DNA of 64,000 nt from Bdellovibrionales bacterium (GTDB lineage Bacteria > Bdellovibrionota > Bdellovibrionia > Bdellovibrionales > JAUICD01): positions 2,304,001 to 2,368,000 of the forward strand of contig OZ241865.1 in NCBI GenBank assembly GCA_965203275.1, read 5' to 3'. The notes beneath the pieces were generated by a model that did not search any database, had not been told where the DNA came from, and saw only the letters and a program-made list of their open reading frames with translations. How positions within the stretch are numbered: the stretch's first letter is position 1; each line of letters begins with the position of its first letter. The position numbers and the translations under genes are program-made. This document shows, one piece after another, positions 31,251 to 40,812 of this stretch.

Positions 31251-31613
31251 ATGGACTTAAATACTCAAACAACTCCACAAAAAGATAATGCCAATGTACT
31301 TACCGAAAGTACAGATCAAAAACCTTCTCCTGTAAAAAGTATTAAAAAACAAAAAAAGCGTGGGCGAAGAATTGAAGTCATTGGCCACGTGGTCAGCGAT
31401 CAAATGGATAAAACTATTACAGTAGAAGTTTATAGACAAGTACGTCACCCTCGCTTAGGTAAGTACATTAAGAAAAGTACAAAGTTCAAAGCCCATGACG
31501 AAAAAAATACAGCCAGTAGAGGTGATAAGGTTTTGATTCATGCCACTCGTGCTTTTAGCAAAACAAAGTTTTGGAAATTATCTAAGATTGTGGAGAAAAG
31601 TCAAAAATTATAA
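31251..31613 (+). CDS. rpsQ: 30S ribosomal protein uS17 with ~35-aa N-terminal extension
   Basis: GHVVSDQMDKTITV, KFKAHDE, SKTKFW. Confidence 0.95.
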   Translation: MDLNTQTTPQKDNANVLTESTDQKPSPVKSIKKQKKRGRRIEVIGHVVSDQMDKTITVEVYRQVRHPRLGKYIKKSTKFKAHDEKNTASRGDKVLIHATRAFSKTKFWKLSKIVEKSQKL

Positions 31614-31633
31614 TTTTCTAAGAGGTTTTGATA

Positions 31634-32002
31634 ATGATTCAAATGCAGTCATGGTTAAGGGTGGCAGATAATTCTGGAGCTAAAGAGCTTCAATGTATCA
31701 AAGTACTTGGAGGTTCTCAAAGGACCATAGCATCTATTGGTGATGTTATTGTGGTCTCAATTAAATCAGCTATTCCTAACTCTAAGGTCAAAAAAGGTGA
31801 AACAACTAAAGCTGTGATTGTCAGGACAATACATAAAATACGTCGAAGTGATGGCAGTTATATTCGTTTTGATGAAAATGCTGCTGTTTTAGTCAATGCC
31901 AATAAAGAGCCTATTGGTACTCGTATTTTTGGTCCTGTTGCAAGAGAGCTTCGAGCTAAAAAGTTCATTAAAATTATTTCTCTTGCTCCTGAAGTTCTAT
32001 AA
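31634..32002 (+). CDS. rplN: 50S ribosomal protein uL14
   Basis: [35 protein letters not shown]. Confidence 0.98.
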   Translation: MIQMQSWLRVADNSGAKELQCIKVLGGSQRTIASIGDVIVVSIKSAIPNSKVKKGETTKAVIVRTIHKIRRSDGSYIRFDENAAVLVNANKEPIGTRIFGPVARELRAKKFIKIISLAPEVL

Positions 32003-32028
32003 TTTTTGTTTTTTTCAGAGGGGGAAGG

Positions 32029-32048
32029 GCTGGTTAGGGAAAACCAGC
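32029..32048. terminator. Possible terminator hairpin between convergent rplN and the vWA gene
   Basis: GCTGGTT...AACCAGC stem. Confidence 0.35.
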
Positions 32049-32050
32049 AC

Positions 32051-33151
32051 TTAATTTCTACACCAATAACTATATGTCACTCTTGTGTCTTGCATAAGAG
32101 GAGGGTTGAAGATAATCTTGCTCCCTTCCACTTTGTATTCATCTTCTGTAAAGCCTTCCACACGGACAGGTCCACCACTAAGGTCAGGTGTACATTTCAA
32201 GTCAATAGAGCTTGTTGTGCGGACAAGGGTGCGAGAGATTTCTTCTAATTGTGTAGCATAGTCATCAGCACACACACTACCTACTCGACCACCTGTGACT
32301 CGAGCTGCTGCTGCATACTCATGTCCATAATAAGGTGTTGCATTTGTACCTTGTGCTGCTTGTTCTTGAAGGCATTTGCTGTCAACAGGAGGTCCAGGAT
32401 CAACCACAATAGCATGAACAGTCACTTGCTGATCGCCTTTAATACGTCTTGCTGTGTCTATGAGATCACTTGCACGATCTTTTCCTGCTTCTAAAGGATA
32501 ACCAAATGTGTTTCCATTACTTCGTTCATTTTCATCACTGATAATAATAATACCTAAATCAGCATCAGATCTTATGATACCATATTCATTATTGTTCAAG
32601 GCTGTGATGAGAGAATAAATACATCTTTCGTCACCATTTCCTACTTCAGGTCGTTGAATAGTATTTTTAAATTTATTGTTTTGACCTGAATCACCCGATC
32701 TCAATATGTAAGAACTAGTACCTGCAACTTTTAAAAGCTGTCCACCTTGTGTGGGACCATTACCTGACATATCTGAAGTGACAAAGCCAATTTGATAATC
32801 AAAATCTCTGATAGCACTAATGAAACTATTAAACCTTCGACCTAGACGTCTTTGTTCTTCAGACATAGAGGTAGAATTATCCACACAGAAAAGAATATCT
32901 AGCTTGGTCATGCTTCTAGGAGCTCTAAAAGTGTCATTGTAATATCTATAACGTGTTGCTGGCTCAACAGGAGGATCCTCGTTAGGAGGAGTTTCCGTTT
33001 CAGTAGTAGGAGGGGGAGTAGTAGGAGGGGGGGAAACTAAAGGTACTTGTTCGCTCATTGAGAGTTCTGCATTTTTGCAACCCACAATAAAGATTATTGT
33101 AAATAAAATAGCTAAAATTGTAGTAAAAAGCCTCATAATGTTATTCTCCAA
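32051..33151 (-). CDS. vWA-domain lipoprotein
   Basis: Lipobox FIVGC, Pro/Thr linker, DILFCVDNSTSM MIDAS motif, IIISDENE. Confidence 0.8.
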   Translation of the reverse strand: MENNIMRLFTTILAILFTIIFIVGCKNAELSMSEQVPLVSPPPTTPPPTTETETPPNEDPPVEPATRYRYYNDTFRAPRSMTKLDILFCVDNSTSMSEEQRRLGRRFNSFISAIRDFDYQIGFVTSDMSGNGPTQGGQLLKVAGTSSYILRSGDSGQNNKFKNTIQRPEVGNGDERCIYSLITALNNNEYGIIRSDADLGIIIISDENERSNGNTFGYPLEAGKDRASDLIDTARRIKGDQQVTVHAIVVDPGPPVDSKCLQEQAAQGTNATPYYGHEYAAAARVTGGRVGSVCADDYATQLEEISRTLVRTTSSIDLKCTPDLSGGPVRVEGFTEDEYKVEGSKIIFNPPLMQDTRVTYSYWCRN

Positions 33152-33653
33152 ATTTTCATTTATCTTTATACATATTTTTTACAGTTTCTTACTTATTGTT
33201 ACTTCAAAATCTATGCCAGATTGAGATCGGATACTTTAAGTTATTGAAATTAAAGCTTATTTTTAAAAACCCTTTGCTTTCTATCAAAAATAAATCAAAT
33301 GAAGTGAAATAATTGCTTTCAGTGGAAAATGAAATTATCTTAAATGATATCAATAGTTTATGTTAATTCTTCTTCTAAAGATAAGATTTCAATAAAATAA
33401 ACAGAAGTGACAAATAAGAGTCCTTATTTTGCCTCTCACTACACCTTTTTAATGTTTTTTATTCAATGCTAGATATTTCTTTTTATAATTTCTGATTATT
33501 ATGACGAGGGAAGATGAACTAGTGAGATAAAGGAAAGTTTGATTCTAAATTGTTCTAAGTCTAAGTGGTGTTGTTTTTTAAAGTACTTCAGTTTTGTTTT
33601 GTTTTTACCGATATTATTAACAGATATGTATCAATTTATTAGGTATTTAAAAA

Positions 33654-36600
33654 ATGACATTTCTAAAGACAGTGCAAGGTCATCAAAACAGTTTTATAAA
33701 GAAAAACTTTTTTAAGTTTAAAGGGTTATATATTATAGTTTTGGTTTGCATTGGCTTTTTTGTGGTTGTATTTCAAAACTGCAAGTCTGATACTGTATCC
33801 ACTAGCAAAACTTCACAGCCAGGAGATTCTGGATCTTCTTTGTCTTATGAAAGAGGTTATATTATTGCACACTTACCTTCAGAGGGCGAGGGTATGTCCA
33901 AAGATAAATTTGATCTCAATACAGATGTCCATCTTAAAATGAAGCATGTTCATCCTGATGCAAATAACTTTAAGTGGAGTGTGACAAGGGGTTTTGAAAG
34001 TATTGTCGATTCTCAAACTAAAAATCAAAATAAGTATCAGCATCGTTTCACACAGATAGGTAGCTACACTGTGCTTGCTACAGCATATCAAGGGGGGAGG
34101 TTATTAACCAGTTCTAATAAACAGATTGTGATTGGAGCAGAATGTCCATTAGATAATATATTAGAGATAGAGCTTCAATCAGGTTCTTTCACTAGTGATT
34201 CTTCTGTTACTTTGACTTTGAGAGATGCTTCTGATTTTACAGATATAGCATGGAAGGTGACCTTACCTTCTAGTCCATCAAAGCAAGATTTTAATGGTGC
34301 AACATTGACTGTCGACCTGACAGGAGAGTCATCAGGTTCTCTAATTATTGAAGTCTCTGCTGTGGATTCAGCAGGATGTCTTGTCTATAGAAAAAAAGAG
34401 CTTCAAGTTACAGAAAACTTACAACCCTATATCAATCCATTTCAAATAACAGATGATGGTCAAGAAGTGGCTGTAACACTAGAAAACAATGACATTTATA
34501 AATATAGAAGGCCTCAAGGAAATACTCAAATGTTGAATTTAGATATTAAAAATACTGACAGATGCGAGTTTCAGGTCGATAGGAAGGAGCGTTCTTCAAT
34601 AAGTTGTCAAGGTGCTATAGATATCAGTTTAAGTTCAAATACAGAGTGTCAAGAGACTCTTGTCAATATATTTTTAGAAGATCAGGCAGATTCGTCTTAT
34701 CAATCTTATCAATATTATAATTATTGTCCAGCTAACAATAAGATTTGTTATTTTGGTTCTATTGAAGGAAGAATGGGGCAGCATTTTTGTTCAAAGAGTC
34801 TTGCATTAGCTAGCAGAGGTGATCAGCGTCCAGATCTTGTGACAGATAGAAGTATAGATGGACAGTGTGACAATTCTCGCAAAAATGGGTGTGTGACAGG
34901 TGAGGCCAATGATGGTGCTATAGCAGATACAGAAGAATTTTATCTATGGCACTGTGTTGGGATCAACAAAGGAGAGACAGCTACAGATTGCCGTAAGAGA
35001 ATACCCATCAACGGGCAATGTGATAATTCAAAAAGGAATAGCTGTCTTGTGGGGCAGGTTAATGATGAGGCTTCAGCAGATACAATAGAATTTTATAAAT
35101 GGCATTGTGAAGGAGAGCATGGAGGGAGGACTGCTAGCAATTGTAAGAAAGGTAAACCCCTTAATGGGGTATGCAATAACAATGTTAAATATAGATGTTC
35201 TATTGGTACGCCTAACCCGACGGCTGTAAAAAATACAAAAACACATTATAAATGGAAGTGTAATGGGAAAAATGGAGGTCGAATTTCAGGGACTTGTCAA
35301 GTAGGCGTAGAAGTTAGAGGGGCGTGTGATAATTCTCGCAGGAATGGATGTCGTATAGGCACAGCCAATGCTGGAGCTGTTGCTGATACAAGTGCTTATT
35401 ATAGATGGAAGTGTAATGGGAAAAATGGAGGTGAGAGTTCAGGCACTTGTCAAATAAGCAAACCAGCCGATGGACAATGTGATAATACTCGTAGAAATGG
35501 CTGTCAGTCAGGTACAGCTAATGATGGGGTTGTTGCTGATACAAACGTTTATTATAGGTGGCGATGTGATGGAAATGGAGGTCAAAATTCAGGTACTTGT
35601 CAAATGAGAAAACAAGTCAGAGGGCAATGTGATAATACTCGTAGAAACGGATGCCAGGCAGGAACAGCCAATGCGAGAGCAGTTGCTGATACCACTGTTT
35701 ATTATAGGTGGAGGTGTGAAGGACAAAATGGAGGTGGCAATTCAGGTACATGCCAAATAAGAACATCAGTCAATGGGCAATGTGATAATTCTCGCAGAAA
35801 TGGCTGTCTTACAGGAACATCTAATGCTAGAGCAGTTGCTGATACCAGCACACATTATAAGTGGCATTGTGTGGGGTTGCGTGGTGGACAGACAGCTACC
35901 AGTTGTCAAAGACCCAGACAGATCAGAGGGCAGTGTGATAATTCTCGTAGAAATGGTTGCCGGACAGGTACAGCTAATGATGGGGTTGTTGCTGATACCA
36001 GCACTTATTATAGATGGCGGTGTGATGGAAGTGGAGGTCGAAACTCAGGCACTTGTCAAATAAATAAACCACCTCAACCACAACAGATCAGAGGACAGTG
36101 TAATAATTCTCTTAGAAATGGTTGCCAGGCAGGTACAGCCAATGCGGAGGTTATTGCTGATACAGGCACTTATTATAGATGGAGGTGTGATGGGCAAAAC
36201 GGAGGGCAAAACTCAGGCACTTGTCAAATAAGCAAACCACCAGTTTCTCAGTACCAAAAACACACACAGTCTATAACACAAAATAGTTTTGTTAGCCCAC
36301 AAACAGATATTTTGCTTGTACTTGATATATCAGGCAGTGTAAGTTCTCGTATGAAGGATATGGTCAAAAATGGTAATTTTATAGATCAATTTATAGCGGG
36401 CATATCTAATGTAGGAAGAAGAAATAATATGTCTGTTAGTATCAATATAGCCACTATTTTAGCTGTAGCAGATCATCCTTGGTCAGGAAAAATCTTTTTC
36501 AAAAAAGAACCAAAAGTACTTAAGTCTACTATACATTCTCTAAAAGAAATGCGAAGTACTTTAGGCGAAAGGTTTAAGAAAAGAAAAATAATCAGTAGTG

Positions 36601-37259
36601 AGGAAAGGGGGGAAAGATACAGAAATCAACGTGAAGAAATGAACCTTAAAGCCCTAATGGAAAGCGTTACAGGAACACATTTGACAGAAAATCAAAAATT
36701 AGACTTTTTCCGTCCTGATGCCTCACTAATTGTTATTTTTATTACTGATGAGACAGATGTCTGTGCTAGAGCAAATAGTGAATATGAACGAGAAGGTGCT
36801 AAGATGTTCTGTAGTGGTATCACACACCAAACTGTTCTAGCTACTTTAAGGAATTTAAAAGGTACTGCTTTAAGTATTCATGGCATTTTTGATAGCAATG
36901 TACATTCTAATCATCCAAGTAAGCCTAGTAAGGAATATGCTTATGGAATTCAAGAGCTTGTACGGGCAGTCAATGGAGTGGCTATACCTTTTAAAGCTTC
37001 TAATGCTAGAGTTAGAACTGGCATCGACAGTATTCTTCAACGAGTCAACAATAATAGATTATTTAAACCAACATTAGGAATCACTTTAAGACATCGCCCT
37101 GTTGCTGGTAAGACGAAAGTATTATTGACAAACCCTGGATCATCTCCTCGGGAGATACCTTTTGTATATGATAGTAGTGCAAATACTATCCGTATTGATG
37201 CTAGCAATGCAGGGACACGAAACGCTGTCATCACAGTGGAATATTATACTACAAGGTAA
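33654..37259 (+). CDS. Large lipoprotein: N-terminal beta-rich region, nine ~51-aa 4-Cys repeats, C-terminal vWA
   Basis: FQNC lipobox; GQCDN.RRNGC..GTAN...ADT..YYRW.C.G..GG..SGTC repeats; LDISGS MIDAS motif. Confidence 0.85.
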   Translation: MTFLKTVQGHQNSFIKKNFFKFKGLYIIVLVCIGFFVVVFQNCKSDTVSTSKTSQPGDSGSSLSYERGYIIAHLPSEGEGMSKDKFDLNTDVHLKMKHVHPDANNFKWSVTRGFESIVDSQTKNQNKYQHRFTQIGSYTVLATAYQGGRLLTSSNKQIVIGAECPLDNILEIELQSGSFTSDSSVTLTLRDASDFTDIAWKVTLPSSPSKQDFNGATLTVDLTGESSGSLIIEVSAVDSAGCLVYRKKELQVTENLQPYINPFQITDDGQEVAVTLENNDIYKYRRPQGNTQMLNLDIKNTDRCEFQVDRKERSSISCQGAIDISLSSNTECQETLVNIFLEDQADSSYQSYQYYNYCPANNKICYFGSIEGRMGQHFCSKSLALASRGDQRPDLVTDRSIDGQCDNSRKNGCVTGEANDGAIADTEEFYLWHCVGINKGETATDCRKRIPINGQCDNSKRNSCLVGQVNDEASADTIEFYKWHCEGEHGGRTASNCKKGKPLNGVCNNNVKYRCSIGTPNPTAVKNTKTHYKWKCNGKNGGRISGTCQVGVEVRGACDNSRRNGCRIGTANAGAVADTSAYYRWKCNGKNGGESSGTCQISKPADGQCDNTRRNGCQSGTANDGVVADTNVYYRWRCDGNGGQNSGTCQMRKQVRGQCDNTRRNGCQAGTANARAVADTTVYYRWRCEGQNGGGNSGTCQIRTSVNGQCDNSRRNGCLTGTSNARAVADTSTHYKWHCVGLRGGQTATSCQRPRQIRGQCDNSRRNGCRTGTANDGVVADTSTYYRWRCDGSGGRNSGTCQINKPPQPQQIRGQCNNSLRNGCQAGTANAEVIADTGTYYRWRCDGQNGGQNSGTCQISKPPVSQYQKHTQSITQNSFVSPQTDILLVLDISGSVSSRMKDMVKNGNFIDQFIAGISNVGRRNNMSVSINIATILAVADHPWSGKIFFKKEPKVLKSTIHSLKEMRSTLGERFKKRKIISSEERGERYRNQREEMNLKALMESVTGTHLTENQKLDFFRPDASLIVIFITDETDVCARANSEYEREGAKMFCSGITHQTVLATLRNLKGTALSIHGIFDSNVHSNHPSKPSKEYAYGIQELVRAVNGVAIPFKASNARVRTGIDSILQRVNNNRLFKPTLGITLRHRPVAGKTKVLLTNPGSSPREIPFVYDSSANTIRIDASNAGTRNAVITVEYYTTR

Positions 37260-37642
37260 ACATAGACTGGCTTTGAAATAAAATGAGTTAAAATAATTGC
37301 TTTCAGTGGAAAATGAAATTATCTTAAATGATATCAATAGTTTAGGTTGATTTTTCTTCTGAAGATAAGATTTCAATAAAATAAACAAAAGTGACAAATA
37401 AGAGTCTTTATTTTGCCTCTCACTACACTTTTTTAATGTTTTTTATTCAATGCTAGATATTTCTTTTTATAATTTCTGATTATATATGACGAGGGAAGAT
37501 GAACTAGTGAGATACAGGAAAGTTTTATCCTAAGTTGCTCTAAGTCTAAGTGTTGTTTTTTTAAATACTTAAGTTTTGTTTTGTTTTTACCGATATTATT
37601 AGCAGATATGTATCAATTTAAAACATTCTAGGTATTTTAAAA

Positions 37643-40600
37643 ATGATATTTTTAAAAACAGTGCAAAGCCATCAAAGCCATTTTATAAGGAAGAACTTTT
37701 TTAAGTTTAAAGGGTTGTATATTATAGGTTTAGTTTGCATTGGCTTTTTAGTGGTCGTATTTCAAAACTGCAAGTCTGATACTGTATCCACTAGCAAAAC
37801 TTCACAGCCAGGAGATGAAGCCTCTTTGTCTTATGAAAGAGGTTATATCATTGCTCACTTATCTTCAGAGGGCGAAGGTATGTCCAAAGATAGATTTGAG
37901 GTCAATACAGATGTCCATCTTAAAATGAAGCATGTTCATTCTGATGCAAATAACTTTAAGTGGAGTGTGACAAGAGGTTTTGAAAGTATTGTCGATTCTC
38001 AAACCACAGATCAAAATGAATATCAACATCGTTTCACACAGACGGGTAGCTACACTGTGCTTGCTACAGCATATCAAGGGGGGAGGTTATTAACTAGTTC
38101 TAATAAACAGATTGTGATTGGAGCAGAATGTCCATTAGATAATATATTAGAGATAAAGCTTCAATCAGGTTCTTTCACTAGTGATTCTTCTGTTACTTTG
38201 ACCTTAAGAGATGCTTCTGATTTTACAGATATAACATGGAAAGTTCAATTACCTTCTAGCCCATCAAAGCAAGATTTTAATGGTGCAACATTAAGTATAG
38301 ACCTAACAGAGGCGTTAGGTTCTCTGATCATTGAAGTTTCTGCTGTGGATTCAGCAGGATGTCTTGTTTATAGAAAAAAAGAGATTCAAGTTACAGAGGG
38401 CTTACAACCCTACATCAATCCATTTCAAATAACAGATGATGGTCAGGAAGTGGCTGTAGTGCTAGAAAACAATGACATTTATAAATATAGAAGGCCTCAA
38501 GGAAACACTCAAAGTTTGAATTTAGATATTAAAAATGCTGAAAGATGTGAGTTTCAGGTCGACAGGAAGGAGCGTTCTTCAATAAGTTGTCAAGGTGCTA
38601 TAGATATCAGTTTAAGTTCAAATACAGAGTGTCAAGAGACTCTTGTCAATATATTTTTAGAAGATCAGGCAGATTCGTCTTATCAATATTATAATTATTG
38701 TCCAGCTAACAATGAGATTTGTTATTTTGGTTCTATTGAAAAAAGAATGGGGCAGCATTTTTGCTCAAAGAATCTTGCATTAGCTAGCAGAGGTGATCAG
38801 CGTCCAGATCTTATGACAGATAGAAGTGTAGATGGAGAGTGTGACAATTCTCGCAAAAATGGATGTGTGACAGGTGAGGCCAATGATGGTGCCATAGCGG
38901 ATACAGAAGAATTTTATCTATGGCATTGTGTGGGAATCAACAATGGAGAAACTGCCACAGATTGCCGTAAGAGAATCCCTATCAACGGGCAATGTGATAA
39001 TTCAAAAAGAAACAGCTGTCTTGTGGGGCAAGTTAATGATGAGGCTGCAAGGGATACAGAAGAATTTTATAAGTGGCATTGTGAAGGAGAACATGGAGGG
39101 AGAACTGCTAGCAATTGTAAGAAGGGTAAAGCTTTTTGTGATAATACTCGTAGAAATGGATGCCAGGCAGGTACAGCTAATGATGAGGTTGTTGCTGATA
39201 CAAATATTTATTATAGATGGCGATGTGATGGAGATGGAGGTCAAAATTCAGGTACTTGTCAAATGAGAAAACAAGTCAGAGGGCAGTGTGATAATACTCG
39301 TAGAAATGGATGCCAGGCAGGCACAGCCAACGCGAGAGCAGTTGCTGATACCAGCACATATTATAGGTGGAGGTGTGAAGGACAAAATGGAGGTGGCAAT
39401 TCAGGTACATGTCAAATAAGAACATCAGTCAATGGGCAATGTGATAATACTCGTAGAAATGGCTGTCTTACAGGCACATCTAATGCGAGAGCAGTTGCTG
39501 ATACCAGCACACATTATAAGTGGCAATGTGTAGGAGAGCATGGTGGACGGACAGCTACCAATTGTCAAAGACCAAGACAGATCAGGGGGCAGTGTGATAA
39601 TTCTCTTAGAAATGGATGTCGTACAGGCACAGCCAATGCGAGGGCTATTGCTGATACAGGCAGACATTATAGATGGAGGTGTGATGGAGAAAATGGAGGT
39701 GGCAACTCAGGCACTTGTCAAATAAATAAACCACCTGAGTACCAAAAACACACACAATCTATAACACAAAGTAATGTTGTTAAACCACAAACAGATATTT
39801 TATTTGTACTTGATCCATCAGGCAGTATGAGTAATTTTATGCAGGTATTCACAAATAACGGTGCTATAAAGTGGTTTATAGATAGTTTACATAGAGAGGC
39901 TGATTTTAATATAGCCACTATTTTAGCTATAGTAGATGATGAGTTGTCAGGACGCATTTTTCCCACAGAAAATGCTCCAAAAGTGCTTAAGTCTAGAATA
40001 CATTCTCGAACACAAATACGGGATGGTTTACAGAAAAAGTTTAAGAAAAGAAAAATAAGCAACCAGAGAGATTGGACAGATCGTCATAGAAACCAACGTG
40101 AGGAAATGAACCTTAAAGCCCTAATGGAGAGCGTTACAACACGTTTGACAGAAAATCAAAGATTAGACTTTTTCCGTCCTGATGCCTCACTAATTGTTAT
40201 TTTTATCACTAATGAAGAAGATGTCTGTGCTAGATATCCCAGTTATGCTCGAACACTTTCTTATAAACCACCTAAAAATAATGACGAGCATAAATGGGAA
40301 CAAGAAGGTGCCGAGATGTTCTGTAGCGGTATCACACATCAAACTGTTTTAGCTACTTTAAAGAATTTAAAAGGCCCTGCTTTAAGTATTCATGGTATTT
40401 TTGATAGCAAAATACATTCTGGTCATCCAAGTGAACCTGATAAAGACTATGCTTATGGAATTCAAGAACTTGTACGTGCAGTCAATGGAGTTGCTATGCC
40501 TTTTAATCACAATTATCGAAGTAGCTTTCAAACTATTTTTAATCAAGTCAACACTAAATTATTTAAACCAACATTAGGGATCACTCTAAGATATCGCCCT

Positions 40601-40759
40601 GTTGAAAGTAAAACAAAAGTATTATTGACAAACCCTGGATCGTCTCCTCGAGAGATACCTTTTGTATATAATAGTAGTGCAAATACTATCCGTATTGATG
40701 CTAGCAATGCAGGGACACAAAACTCTGTCATCACAGTGGAATATTATACTATAAGGTAG
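37643..40759 (+). CDS. Paralogous lipoprotein with six Cys repeats and C-terminal vWA
   Basis: Same architecture; LDPSGSM MIDAS motif. Confidence 0.85.
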   Translation: MIFLKTVQSHQSHFIRKNFFKFKGLYIIGLVCIGFLVVVFQNCKSDTVSTSKTSQPGDEASLSYERGYIIAHLSSEGEGMSKDRFEVNTDVHLKMKHVHSDANNFKWSVTRGFESIVDSQTTDQNEYQHRFTQTGSYTVLATAYQGGRLLTSSNKQIVIGAECPLDNILEIKLQSGSFTSDSSVTLTLRDASDFTDITWKVQLPSSPSKQDFNGATLSIDLTEALGSLIIEVSAVDSAGCLVYRKKEIQVTEGLQPYINPFQITDDGQEVAVVLENNDIYKYRRPQGNTQSLNLDIKNAERCEFQVDRKERSSISCQGAIDISLSSNTECQETLVNIFLEDQADSSYQYYNYCPANNEICYFGSIEKRMGQHFCSKNLALASRGDQRPDLMTDRSVDGECDNSRKNGCVTGEANDGAIADTEEFYLWHCVGINNGETATDCRKRIPINGQCDNSKRNSCLVGQVNDEAARDTEEFYKWHCEGEHGGRTASNCKKGKAFCDNTRRNGCQAGTANDEVVADTNIYYRWRCDGDGGQNSGTCQMRKQVRGQCDNTRRNGCQAGTANARAVADTSTYYRWRCEGQNGGGNSGTCQIRTSVNGQCDNTRRNGCLTGTSNARAVADTSTHYKWQCVGEHGGRTATNCQRPRQIRGQCDNSLRNGCRTGTANARAIADTGRHYRWRCDGENGGGNSGTCQINKPPEYQKHTQSITQSNVVKPQTDILFVLDPSGSMSNFMQVFTNNGAIKWFIDSLHREADFNIATILAIVDDELSGRIFPTENAPKVLKSRIHSRTQIRDGLQKKFKKRKISNQRDWTDRHRNQREEMNLKALMESVTTRLTENQRLDFFRPDASLIVIFITNEEDVCARYPSYARTLSYKPPKNNDEHKWEQEGAEMFCSGITHQTVLATLKNLKGPALSIHGIFDSKIHSGHPSEPDKDYAYGIQELVRAVNGVAMPFNHNYRSSFQTIFNQVNTKLFKPTLGITLRYRPVESKTKVLLTNPGSSPREIPFVYNSSANTIRIDASNAGTQNSVITVEYYTIR

Positions 40760-40812
40760 TAGAGACCTGTCCTGAAATAAAATGATCTATGTACTTTTTA
40801 TCAAACTATGAG

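Larger units (their letters stand above)
33307..40785 (+). repeat. Tandem duplication of upstream region plus gene (~33307-37285 and ~37291-40785)
   Basis: Near-identical ~350-bp upstream regions and 5' gene halves. Confidence 0.85.

Noticed and set aside
33348..33360. IHF consensus match TATCAATAGTTTA (also in the duplicated upstream region)
   Set aside because: Chance matches are expected in DNA this AT-rich.
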